Of a stretch of 42,360 nucleotides of DNA, positions 27,457 through 36,343 are shown one piece after another. The position numbers and the translations under genes were made by a program. The notes beneath the pieces were generated by a model. That model did no database searches, was not told where the DNA came from, and saw only the letters and a program-made list of their open reading frames with translations. How positions within the stretch are numbered: position 1 is the first letter of the stretch; every line of letters begins with the position of its first letter. The DNA is from Actinomycetes bacterium (GTDB lineage: Bacteria > Actinomycetota > Acidimicrobiia > Acidimicrobiales > RAAP-2). The stretch covers positions 1 through 42,360 of the forward strand of contig JAKABC010000001.1 of assembly GCA_021802025.1 (NCBI GenBank), written 5' to 3'.

Positions 27457-28470
27457 ATGATGACGACCACCGAGGCCTCCCCCGTCCACGACGTGGACTT
27501 CAAGCTCGAGCTCTACCGCAGTCAGGTCGCCCTGCGCCGGTTCGAGTCGCGCGCCTACGACCTGTTCTTGGAGAACTACGTCAAGGGGACGAGCCACCTC
27601 TCGATCGGCCAGGAGGCGATCGCCGCCGGGGTCGCCGCGGCGATGCGGCCCGACGACTGGACGTTCGCGACCTACCGGGGCCACGCCCACACCCTCGCCC
27701 GCGGGGTGGCCATGACCCCGGTCTTCGCCGAGCTGATGGGCCGGGCCAACGGCCTCATGGCCGGCAAGGGCGGGTCGATGCACCTGACCAGCGTCGAGCA
27801 CGGGGTGATGGGCAGCTACGCGATCATCGGCGCCCACCTGCCGATCGCCTGCGGGGCGGCCTGGAGCGCCCAGTACCGCGGGACGGACCAGGTGGCGGTG
27901 GTCTTCTTCGGCGACGGCACCGTGAACATCGGCGCCTTCCACGAGGCGCTCAACTTCGCGGCCATCTGGAAGCTCCCGGTCGTATTCGTCTGCGAGAACA
28001 ACCTCTACATGGAGTACACGCGTACCTCGGAGGTGACCGCGGTCGCCCACCCCGCGGCCGACCGCGCCGCCGCCTACGGCCTCGAGCCGATCATCGTGGA
28101 CGGCAACGACGCCGACGCCGTCTACGAGGTCGCGCGCACCGCCATCGAGCGGGCCCGCGCCGGTGAGGGACCGAGCCTGATCGAGGCCGAGACCTACCGC
28201 CACGGTGGCCACTCCCGGGCCGATCCCGGCAAGTACCGGCCCGACGAGGAGGTCGCGTTCTGGACCTCGGCCGAGCGCGACCCGGTCTCGCGCTACCGGG
28301 CCCGACTCGTCGAGCTCGGGGTCGACGAGGCCACCCTCGCGCGCGTCGAGGCCGACGTCGACGCCGAGGTCGACGCCGCCACCGAGGCGGCCAAGGCGGG
28401 CGCCGCGCCCGGTGAGGACCTGCTCATGAAGGACGTCTGGGCCAACGGAGGTGCCGAATGGCGGAACTGA
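27457..28470 (+). CDS. TPP-dependent dehydrogenase E1 alpha subunit (acetoin/pyruvate dehydrogenase type)
   Basis: HLSIGQEA, TYRGH, GKGGSMH, TPP motif GDG...NN, TYRHGGHS..DP..YR. Confidence 0.93.
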   Translation: MMTTTEASPVHDVDFKLELYRSQVALRRFESRAYDLFLENYVKGTSHLSIGQEAIAAGVAAAMRPDDWTFATYRGHAHTLARGVAMTPVFAELMGRANGLMAGKGGSMHLTSVEHGVMGSYAIIGAHLPIACGAAWSAQYRGTDQVAVVFFGDGTVNIGAFHEALNFAAIWKLPVVFVCENNLYMEYTRTSEVTAVAHPAADRAAAYGLEPIIVDGNDADAVYEVARTAIERARAGEGPSLIEAETYRHGGHSRADPGKYRPDEEVAFWTSAERDPVSRYRARLVELGVDEATLARVEADVDAEVDAATEAAKAGAAPGEDLLMKDVWANGGAEWRN

Positions 28471-29435
28471 CCTACCGAGAGGCGATCGCCCGCGGCATCG
28501 CCCAGGAGATGCGACGGGACGAGTCGGTGCTCTTCCTCGGCGAGGACGTCGGGGCGGCCGGCGGGGTGTTCAAGGGCACCGTCGGGCTCTTCGAGGAGTT
28601 CGGGCCGGTGCGGGTGCGCGACACGCCGATCAGCGAGCAGGCCATCCTCGGGGCCGCGATGGGGGCGGCCATGACCGGTCTGCGCCCGATCGCCGAGATC
28701 ATGTTCGCGGACTTCTTCGCCGTGTGCTGGGACATCGTCGCCAACGAGATCGCCAAGACGCGCTACATGACCAACGGCCAGATGAGCTTCCCGCTGGTCA
28801 TCCGCTCGGGCAACGGCGGGGGGCTGCGCTTCGGGGCCCAGCACTCCCAGAGCGTCGAGAACTGGGCGATGATGATCCCCGGGCTGAAGGTAGTCGTGCC
28901 CTCGAACCCCCGGGACGTCGTCGGGCTGATGGCGGCCGCGGTGCGCGACGACGACCCGGTCGTCTTCTTGGAGTCCAAGGCCCTCTACCCGACCAAGGGC
29001 GAGGTCCCCGAGGGGGAGATCGTCGACGCGCTCGGCACGGCGACGGTGCTGCGCCAGGGGTCGCACGCCACGATCGCCACCCTCGGGCTCATGGTGCCGC
29101 GCGCGCTGGCGGCGGCCGAGGAGCTCGCGGCCGGCGGCATCGACTGCACCGTTGTCGACGTGCGCTCGCTCATTCCCCTGGACACCCAGACGATCCTGCG
29201 CGAGACCTCGGCCACCGGGCGGCTCTTCACGGTGGAGGAGAACCCCAGGGTCCTCGGTTGGGGGGCGGAGGTGGCCTCGATCGTGGCCGAGGAGGCCTTC
29301 TACGACCTCGACGGGCCGGTGGTGCGCATCACGACCCCCCACATCCCGCTGCCGGCGGCCGACACCCTCGAGGACATGGCCCTGCCGTCGGTCGAGCGGA
29401 TCGTGACCACCATCCACAAGGCGATGAACTCCTAG
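28458..29435 (+). CDS. TPP-dependent dehydrogenase E1 beta subunit
   Basis: GEDV...GG.F, DTPISE, EIMF.DF, AQHSQ, D.RSL.PLD. Confidence 0.93.
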   Translation: MAELTYREAIARGIAQEMRRDESVLFLGEDVGAAGGVFKGTVGLFEEFGPVRVRDTPISEQAILGAAMGAAMTGLRPIAEIMFADFFAVCWDIVANEIAKTRYMTNGQMSFPLVIRSGNGGGLRFGAQHSQSVENWAMMIPGLKVVVPSNPRDVVGLMAAAVRDDDPVVFLESKALYPTKGEVPEGEIVDALGTATVLRQGSHATIATLGLMVPRALAAAEELAAGGIDCTVVDVRSLIPLDTQTILRETSATGRLFTVEENPRVLGWGAEVASIVAEEAFYDLDGPVVRITTPHIPLPAADTLEDMALPSVERIVTTIHKAMNS

Positions 29436-29452
29436 GGCGCACGGGCGTTTAT

Positions 29453-29485
29453 TTAGAGAACTCTTAGAGACGTTTTCTAGAGTTC
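29453..29485 (+). promoter_or_regulatory. AT-rich promoter with 11-bp-spaced direct repeat
   Basis: TTAGAGA at 29453-29459 and 29464-29470; -10-like TAGAGT at 29478-29483 before ATG 29493. Confidence 0.45.
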
Positions 29486-29492
29486 CTCGGCG

Positions 29493-30005
29493 ATGGACGT
29501 GCGCATCACGGGAGTCCTCGGGCGGGCCCACGACGTTTTGCCCGATTGGACCCGGCCGCTCCTGCGCCTCGCGCGCGTGGACCTACGCCCCCCGCGACCG
29601 CCCTCGCTCGCGCGGGTCGTGGGTGCGATCGTCGTGGCGATACTCGCGTCGCTCGTCGCCGACGCCCTGCTCGTACACCTGGGCACGACGCTCTACCCCA
29701 CGACGCGCGGCTACGTGCACTTCGCCTTCTTCGACTACGCGCGCCTCACGGTCATCGGCGTGGTCGTCGCCGGGGTGGGTTGGCCCCTCGTGGCGCGGGT
29801 CACCTCGGCCCCCGAGTGGCTCTACGCGCGCCTGGCCGTGGCGGTGTCGGTGGTCCTCTTGGTGCCCGACGCGTACATCCTCTACGTCGGCTCGCCGCTG
29901 CGGGCCGTGGTGGTGCTCGTCTGGATGCACGTCGCGATCGCGTTCATAACCTACGGTTCGCTCACCGTGCTGGCGCCCGTCGGACGCGGCCGACACGCCC
30001 GTTGA
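29493..30005 (+). CDS. Small four-helix membrane protein (DUF6069-like)
   Basis: Four hydrophobic segments, GW..V.R....P, LL.PD, terminal-helix LVWMHV. Confidence 0.65.
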   Translation: MDVRITGVLGRAHDVLPDWTRPLLRLARVDLRPPRPPSLARVVGAIVVAILASLVADALLVHLGTTLYPTTRGYVHFAFFDYARLTVIGVVVAGVGWPLVARVTSAPEWLYARLAVAVSVVLLVPDAYILYVGSPLRAVVVLVWMHVAIAFITYGSLTVLAPVGRGRHAR

Positions 30006-30006
30006 C

Positions 30007-31737
30007 TCAGTCGACGACCAGCGCCTCGGCCCCGGGCGCGGCGTTCGTCGTGGGCCGGTAGGACCCGCGCAGCCAGGAGGTCACCGCCGCGATCGCGCAG
30101 ATGGCTGCGGCGAAGTCGAGCGCCGGGTGCAGCCCGGTGACGAAGGCGTGCTGGATGATGTCGGGGAAGAAGCGCCGCCCGACGATCGCGGTGCGCGCAC
30201 CGCTCGGCAACGAGGCGAGCACCCGTGGCCCGAGGAGTTTGGCCATGGGGTTGTAGCCGAGGAAGGAGGCAAAGAGCGTCGTCACGGGGGGCAGGGTGGC
30301 CACGTGGGTCGCCACCGCGGCCGGCACGCCGCGCGCCACGAGGCCCGCGCGCAGGGCCGGGGGCAGGGTGCGAGAGAGTCCGATGATCATGAGGGTGAAG
30401 AAGATGCCGATCGAGAGCACCTGACCCGAGTTCTGGAAGGTCGAGTTCATCCCCGAGCCGACGCCGCGGTGCTCGGGCGGCAGGGCGTTCATCACGCTGG
30501 CACGGTTGGGGGCCGAGAAGGCGCCCATCGACAGTCCGTTCAACAGCAGCAGCGCCCCGAAGGCGAGGTAGGGGAAGTCGGCCGGCAGCGTCTCGAGCAG
30601 GAGGAACGAGATCGCCGAACCGACCATCCCGCCGACGGTGAAGCCCCGCGAACCGTAGCGGTCGGAGAGGTAGCCGCACAGGGGTCCGGCGAGCAGGAAC
30701 CCGGCCGTGAGGGGCAAGAGGGCGATCCCCGCCCACAGGGGCGTCGAGGCGAAGCTGTAGCCGTGCAGGGGCAGCCAGATGCCCTGGAGCCAGATGACCA
30801 TGGTGAACATCAGTCCGCCCCGGCCCGTCGCGGCGAGCAGCGTGGAGATCGACCCGGCGCTGAAGGCCCGGATCCGAAAGAGCGACAGGCGGAACATCGG
30901 GTCCGACGAGCGCCGCTCCAGCCGGGCGAAGGCCACGAGGCTGATCACGCCGAGCGCCAGCGACCCGTCGACGAAGGGGCTGGTCCAGCCCATCTCGTGC
31001 CCGCCGTAGGGCTGGATCCCGTAGGTGATCCCGACCATGAGGGCGACCAGCCCGAGGGCGAAGGTGAGGTTGCCGGCCCAGTCGACGTGGTGGTCCTTGC
31101 GCACCGGGATCTCGCGCAGCTGGAGGTAGGCCCAGATGGAGCCGAAGATCCCGATCGGCACCGAGATGATGAAGATCAGTCGCCACTGGATCGGGCCGAG
31201 CAGCCCCCCGAGCACCAGGCCGATGAAGCTGCCCGCGATGCCCGCGATCTGGTTGATGCCCAGGGCCATCCCGCGCTGGTCCTCGGGGAAGGCGTCGGTG
31301 AGGATCGCCGCCGAGTTCGCGATGAGGAAGGCCGCACCGACCCCCTGGAAGAGCCGCATCACGACGAGCCAGATCGCCGCGGCGGAGCCGGAGAACCAGG
31401 TGATCGAGAGCAACAGCGAGAAGAAGGTGTAGACGGCGAAGCCGAGGTTGTACATCTTGACCCGCCCCAGCATGTCGCCCAGGCGCCCGAGGCTCACCAC
31501 GAGCACCGAGGTGACGATCATGAAGCCGAGGATCATCCAGAGGAGGTAGAACGTGTTGCCCGGGGCCAGGGGGTCGATGTGGATGCCGTTGAACACGTCG
31601 GGCAGCGCGATGAGCACGATCGAGGTGTCGATCGTTGCCATGAGGACGCCGAGCGTCGTGTTCGAAAGGACCAGCCACTTGTAGCGGTCCGACCGGGGCC
31701 GGGCCAGCGGGTCGCGACGGGCCGCCGCGACGCTCAC
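30007..31737 (-). CDS. MFS transporter (DHA2-like)
   Basis: NTTLG.LMA.ID.SIVLIALP, GRLGD..GR, WRLIF.I..PIG, G.LSDRYG.R; GTGA coupling with upstream gene. Confidence 0.9.
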   Translation of the reverse strand: MSVAAARRDPLARPRSDRYKWLVLSNTTLGVLMATIDTSIVLIALPDVFNGIHIDPLAPGNTFYLLWMILGFMIVTSVLVVSLGRLGDMLGRVKMYNLGFAVYTFFSLLLSITWFSGSAAAIWLVVMRLFQGVGAAFLIANSAAILTDAFPEDQRGMALGINQIAGIAGSFIGLVLGGLLGPIQWRLIFIISVPIGIFGSIWAYLQLREIPVRKDHHVDWAGNLTFALGLVALMVGITYGIQPYGGHEMGWTSPFVDGSLALGVISLVAFARLERRSSDPMFRLSLFRIRAFSAGSISTLLAATGRGGLMFTMVIWLQGIWLPLHGYSFASTPLWAGIALLPLTAGFLLAGPLCGYLSDRYGSRGFTVGGMVGSAISFLLLETLPADFPYLAFGALLLLNGLSMGAFSAPNRASVMNALPPEHRGVGSGMNSTFQNSGQVLSIGIFFTLMIIGLSRTLPPALRAGLVARGVPAAVATHVATLPPVTTLFASFLGYNPMAKLLGPRVLASLPSGARTAIVGRRFFPDIIQHAFVTGLHPALDFAAAICAIAAVTSWLRGSYRPTTNAAPGAEALVVD

Positions 31738-32009
31738 GAGACGAGCTCGCCGCGCAACTCGTCGGGGACGCTATCGAGGGCCCGCACGATGGCGGCGGCC
31801 AGCGCCCGGGCGCTCTCGGCGTCGAGCTCGAGGGCGACGCGGGCGCCGGGCCCCTTCGCCGGATTCAGCACGTCGATCATCAAGGCGTGTCCGGCCGGGA
31901 AGTGCACGGGGTGGTCGAAGTAGACCGTCGCGTCGGTGAGCCGGGTCCAACCCTCGGCGGTCTTGCCGCTCGCGCGCAGGGCGAGCCGCTCGGTCTGGTA
32001 GGTGCACAT
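31734..32009 (-). CDS. Small His/Cys-containing conserved hypothetical protein (DUF6295-like)
   Basis: MCT.....GK...GW.....VYFDHPVH....HAL.ID..P..GP.ARVALEL...SAR; coupled to both neighbours. Confidence 0.7.
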   Translation of the reverse strand: MCTYQTERLALRASGKTAEGWTRLTDATVYFDHPVHFPAGHALMIDVLNPAKGPGARVALELDAESARALAAAIVRALDSVPDELRGELVS

Positions 32010-32749
32010 CAGCCGACCGTCCGCGCGAGGAACGCGAAGACCTCGCCCCAGGCCTCGGTGGCCACCTCGGGCCGGTAGGAGGGCCGGTCCACGGCGAAGA
32101 ACGCGTGAGCGGCCCCCTCGTAGGTCTTGAAGGTGAACTCCTTGCCGGCGGCCGTGAGGGCCGCGGCCAGGGCGTCGTTCTGCTCGGGGGAGGGGTAGGT
32201 GTCCTCGGCGCCGAAGAGTCCGAGCAGCGGCGCGTGGAGGTTCCCGGCCTCGCCGATGACGGCCTTCACCTTGAGGGGGAACTCCGAGGGCGGATCGACG
32301 GCGACGAAGGCGCCGTAGCAGTCGATCACGCCGTCGAGCGGGAGGCGGCAGCCCGCGAGGAAGGACTGGCGCCCGCCGGAGCAGTAGCCGATCGAGGCGA
32401 CCTTGCCGTTCGAGGTCGATAGGGCCTTTAGGTGTGCCATCGCGCCGGCGACGTCGCCCACCAGTTGCTCGTCGGGGACCCCGCCGAGGTTGCGCGCGGT
32501 GGCCGCGGCGTCATCAGGAGCGGCCCCGGGGGCCACGCGGTGGTAGAGGTTCGGCATCAGGGCGTGGTAGCCGTTCGCGGCGAACTTGCGGACGATCTCC
32601 TTGGAGGCCTCGTCGTAGCCGGGCATGTGGTGGATCACGACGATCGACCCGGCGCGCTCGACGTCGGTCGCAACGGCGAGGTAGGCCTCGATCTCGTCGC
32701 CGTTGTGGCCCGTGATGGTGATGGTCTCGGCCGTCAGGTTGTGGGTCAC
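32009..32749 (-). CDS. Dienelactone hydrolase family protein
   Basis: Nucleophile GYCSGG, G.ED..P, Y.GA.HAF, A..AW.....F. Confidence 0.9.
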   Translation of the reverse strand: MTHNLTAETITITGHNGDEIEAYLAVATDVERAGSIVVIHHMPGYDEASKEIVRKFAANGYHALMPNLYHRVAPGAAPDDAAATARNLGGVPDEQLVGDVAGAMAHLKALSTSNGKVASIGYCSGGRQSFLAGCRLPLDGVIDCYGAFVAVDPPSEFPLKVKAVIGEAGNLHAPLLGLFGAEDTYPSPEQNDALAAALTAAGKEFTFKTYEGAAHAFFAVDRPSYRPEVATEAWGEVFAFLARTVG

Positions 32750-32799
32750 GCGCTGTCCTTTCCTGGTCGTCCCGGTCGGAACGGGGCGCCGGGGGCTAT

Positions 32800-32830
32800 T
32801 AGTTACCCTTCGTAACTATCGTGGTACCTT
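32800..32830. promoter_or_regulatory. Palindromic operator (probable MarR site) next to the marR -10 element
   Basis: TAGTTAC-CCTTC-GTAACTA at 32800-32818; TACCTT at 32825-32830, 6 nt before GTG 32837. Confidence 0.7.
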
Positions 32831-32836
32831 AGCACC

Positions 32837-33301
32837 GTGGCGGGAGAGACCGGGTCCGACCCGGTGCCGACGACGCTGGAGCGCGAGTGGGGTCGGCTGC
32901 GCCGCGGACAGCTCCTCGGTCCGCTGCGCCACCACCTCGACGAGGCCGAGGGCCCGCTGCAGCTCGAGATCCTGCGCGAGGTCGCCGACGCCGGCCAGAT
33001 CCGCGCCTCGGAGCTCGCCGAGCGGCTCCACGTGACCAAGGCCTCGATCAGCCGCTACGTGGCCCAGATGGTGGGTACGGGACTGCTGGCGACCCGACCG
33101 GATCCGCGCGACGGGCGCGCCGCCCTGCTCACGGTGACGGCGCGGGGCCGTCGAGCCCTCGCCAACCGGGAGGCGCGTCGGTCGCGGGCCCTCGCCCGCC
33201 TGTGCCAGGAGTGGAGCGCGAGCGACGTCGAGGCGCTCACCGAACTGCTGCGTCGACTCAACGACGGGATCGAGGCGAGCCTGCGCGCCGAGCGCTCCTA
33301 G
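32837..33301 (+). CDS. MarR-family transcriptional regulator
   Basis: ELAERL.VTK.SISR.V..M...GL....DPRDGR..L..T.RGR winged helix. Confidence 0.9.
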   Translation: MAGETGSDPVPTTLEREWGRLRRGQLLGPLRHHLDEAEGPLQLEILREVADAGQIRASELAERLHVTKASISRYVAQMVGTGLLATRPDPRDGRAALLTVTARGRRALANREARRSRALARLCQEWSASDVEALTELLRRLNDGIEASLRAERS

Positions 33302-33308
33302 CGCCGAG

Positions 33309-34928
33309 CTAGGCCTCGATCTCGACGAACGGTCGCCGGTCACTCGAGCCCGTCGCGTCGGCGATCACGGCCGACACCAGCATCAGGACCCCGGCGGCCG
33401 TCAGGGCCAGGTCGAGGCCGTGGGAGAAGGCGCCGTAGGCGGCGCGCACGACCTCGCCGATGAGCTTCTTCACCGCCCCGGAGGAGACCTTCTCCTCGGC
33501 CGCGGCCTGGCTGTTCACCGAGCCGGTGATGACGGCGTTGATCACGAGCTGGCGGTAGGCCGACGGGATCCCCAGCTGGACGAGGCGCTGGGTGAGGTCG
33601 ACGGTGAGCTGGCCGTTCACGAGGGAGCCCAGGATGGCCACTCCCGTCACGGCCCCGAGCTCGCGGCTGGTGTTGATCGTCGAGGCGGCGATGCCCGAGT
33701 GGGTCGCGGGGATGGCGGTCAGGGCCGTCTGGTTGATCGGCACCACGACGATGCCAAAACCGATCCCGGCGAGCCCCATCGTGAAGCCCAGCGGGTCGAG
33801 GCCCACGGTGGGGGTGAGGACGATATTGGTGAGCAGGACGCCGGCCGCGGCCAGGAAACAGCCCAGCACCAGTGGGGACCGGGTACCCACGCGCGACACC
33901 CACCGTCCCGTCACCAAGGAGGCGACGACCATGCCGCCCAAAAGGGGCAAGAAGTCGAGCGCGAGCGTGTAGGCGCTCACCGACGCGACGATCTCGAGGT
34001 AGAGGGCGACGAAGAAGAAGATCGAGAAGATCGAGAAGTAACTCGTGAAGGCGATGACCGTCGAGCCCATGAACGCCCGGTTCTTGACCCAGGCGACCTG
34101 GAGCATGGGGTGACGTACCCGACTCTCGACGACGAAGTACGCGATGAGCGAGACCCCGGCGATCACGTACATCGTGATGACCCCGCTCGATCGATAGCCC
34201 CAGGTCTCACCCCGGATCGTCGCGAAGGTGGCCAGCGCTAGGGCGGCCGACGACAGGACGAACCCCGCGCCGTCGATGCTGCGTCGCTCCTCGTTGACGC
34301 TCTCTTGGAGCGAGACCGACGACACGATGAAGGCGATCGCGCCGAAGACCAGGTTGAACCAGAAGACGGCCCGCCACGTCCACAGGCCGACGAGGACCCC
34401 TCCGATTACCGGACCGAGGGCGAGGGCGAGACCCGATACGGCCGCCCAGACGCCGAGGGCCCGGGCCCGGGCCCGCCGGTTGGGGTAGATGTGGCGGATC
34501 ATCGAGAGGGTGGACGGCTCGGAGCCCGCGGCACCCACGCCCATGATCACGCGTCCGACGATGAGGGTGGTCGTGTCGGGAGCGACGGCGCACACGATCG
34601 ATCCGACGCTGAAGATCCCGACACCGATCAACATCACCCGTTTGCGCCCGAAGGTGTCACCGAGTGACCCCGCCATAAGCATCAGGCTGGCGAAGGCGAG
34701 GGCGTAGCCACCGACGACCCACTGGAGTTCGGTGACCCCGGCGTGCAGCTCGGACTGCACGCTCGTCAAGACCGCGCTGGCGATCGTGTTGTCGAGGAAG
34801 GTGAGGAAGAGGACCAGTAGGAGCGAGGCGAAACTGAAGTGGGCCCTCAGGGTCGTCGTGATCTGGTCGCGGCCCTCGCGCAGCCGCGCGGCGAGCCCTG
34901 ACCCGGCGCCGTCCCCCTCCTCGCTCAC
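33309..34928 (-). CDS. MFS drug:H+ antiporter, DHA2 family
   Basis: LDNTI, QWVV.GY.L, GSLGD.FGRK, WRAVFWFN, NTSRELG. Confidence 0.88.
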   Translation of the reverse strand: MSEEGDGAGSGLAARLREGRDQITTTLRAHFSFASLLLVLFLTFLDNTIASAVLTSVQSELHAGVTELQWVVGGYALAFASLMLMAGSLGDTFGRKRVMLIGVGIFSVGSIVCAVAPDTTTLIVGRVIMGVGAAGSEPSTLSMIRHIYPNRRARARALGVWAAVSGLALALGPVIGGVLVGLWTWRAVFWFNLVFGAIAFIVSSVSLQESVNEERRSIDGAGFVLSSAALALATFATIRGETWGYRSSGVITMYVIAGVSLIAYFVVESRVRHPMLQVAWVKNRAFMGSTVIAFTSYFSIFSIFFFVALYLEIVASVSAYTLALDFLPLLGGMVVASLVTGRWVSRVGTRSPLVLGCFLAAAGVLLTNIVLTPTVGLDPLGFTMGLAGIGFGIVVVPINQTALTAIPATHSGIAASTINTSRELGAVTGVAILGSLVNGQLTVDLTQRLVQLGIPSAYRQLVINAVITGSVNSQAAAEEKVSSGAVKKLIGEVVRAAYGAFSHGLDLALTAAGVLMLVSAVIADATGSSDRRPFVEIEA

Positions 34929-35009
34929 CGTCCGGCCTCCGCCCGTCTCACTCCCGTGGCCCCCGCGGCTCCCGGGGCGCGTCCTCGCGGCCCCTCGTGC
35001 CCGCCACGG

Positions 35010-35471
35010 CTACTTCTTTCTGGGCAGCACGAAGGTGATCGGGAACGAGGTCGAGTCGCCGCCGGTGGCGTTGCCGACGCTGACGTCGCACCGGGCCAGG
35101 TTCACCCTGGTCGTCCCGCAGACCCCCGAACCGATCTTGCCGGTACGCACGATGAAGCGCGTGACGGGCAAGGTGCCCGAGGCCGTGATGGTCACCGCCT
35201 TGGGCAGCGCGCCGAGGCTCATGGGCACGTAGCACTGACCCTGGCCCTTGGCGTTGCGTAGGCACTCGACGATGTAGACCGAGTCACCCGGCTTGAAGCC
35301 CGAGCCGTGGACGCGCACGACCTCGTGGTTGTGGAGCCGGAGGTGCGGGGTCACCACGATGTGCGGTCCCCCCGCGGCGCTGGCGGCACCCACACCGAGC
35401 CATCCGACCCCCGCGGTCGCCAGCACCACGGCCATCGCCCCTAGCGTTGCGCGGAATGTCCTCTTCGACAT
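35010..35471 (-). CDS. Secreted small beta-sandwich protein, neocarzinostatin-apoprotein-like
   Basis: Signal peptide ending ASA; VTP...L.N...V.V.GSGF.PG..V...EC; four Cys in two pairs; terminal PITF. Confidence 0.65.
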   Translation of the reverse strand: MSKRTFRATLGAMAVVLATAGVGWLGVGAASAAGGPHIVVTPHLRLHNHEVVRVHGSGFKPGDSVYIVECLRNAKGQGQCYVPMSLGALPKAVTITASGTLPVTRFIVRTGKIGSGVCGTTRVNLARCDVSVGNATGGDSTSFPITFVLPRKK

Positions 35472-35609
35472 GCGTCCTCCCGGTCCAGTCGGCCGATCGG
35501 CGGAGGCGTTGTATACCCGAGTCGGCGCCGGGGTCGGCCGAACGTCACGCCCATGGTAGCGAAGGTCTCGGAGGGTCGAGCGCTGACGGCCCGATAACTA
35601 AGGGAACCT

Positions 35610-36284
35610 TCAGTCGCCCTCGACGAGGTTAATCAGCCCCTCGCGCGCGGCGATCGCGACGGCCTCGAGTTTGGAGTGGACCCCGAGCTTGGACAGGATG
35701 TTGGCGACGTGGTTGCGCACGGTGTTGATTGAGATGAACAGGTCGTCGCCGATGCCCTCGGTGGAGCGCCCCTTGGCGAGGAGCTGGAGGACCTCGAGCT
35801 CACGGGAGGTGAGGAGCTGGGTCCTCTGATCGGGCGACTTGCGGATCTGGTCGAGCAGTCCGCTGAACTCGTGAGAGCGGATGACGAGTTCGCCGCGCGC
35901 TGCCGCGCGCACCGCGGCGAGGACGTCACCGATGGGTCGGTCCTTGTTGATCAGTCCGACGCAGCCCGCCTCGATGGCGCGCGCCAAGAGAGCGTGGTCG
36001 CCGCTGCCCGTGAGCATGACGATACGGGTCTCGGGGTGGTGCTCGAGGATGGTGGTCACGGCCTCGATGCCCGTGCCGTCGGGGAGGCGGTAGTCCATCA
36101 AGATGACGTCGGGCACCTCGACCTCGACGAGGGCGTAGGCCTCCTGAACTGATTGGGCGACGCCAATGAGCCTCAGGTCCGGTTCGTGGGTGATGGTGAG
36201 GGCCAGCATCTCGGCCACCATCACGTGGTCGTCGACCACGGCGACGGTGGTCACGACTGAATCATCCCCCACGTTCTGCGACAC
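35610..36284 (-). CDS. NarL/LuxR-family response regulator (no adjacent kinase)
   Basis: VVDDH, phospho-acceptor DVILMD.RLPDG, LT and K conserved; LT.RE.EVL...G....I...L.IS.NTV.NHV.NI..KLGV helix-turn-helix. Confidence 0.92.
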   Translation of the reverse strand: MSQNVGDDSVVTTVAVVDDHVMVAEMLALTITHEPDLRLIGVAQSVQEAYALVEVEVPDVILMDYRLPDGTGIEAVTTILEHHPETRIVMLTGSGDHALLARAIEAGCVGLINKDRPIGDVLAAVRAAARGELVIRSHEFSGLLDQIRKSPDQRTQLLTSRELEVLQLLAKGRSTEGIGDDLFISINTVRNHVANILSKLGVHSKLEAVAIAAREGLINLVEGD

Positions 36285-36343
36285 TACCCATCGCGGGGCC
36301 CTAGGATGAAGTTTTCTTCGTTAGTTCGGGGGAGTTCGGAGAT

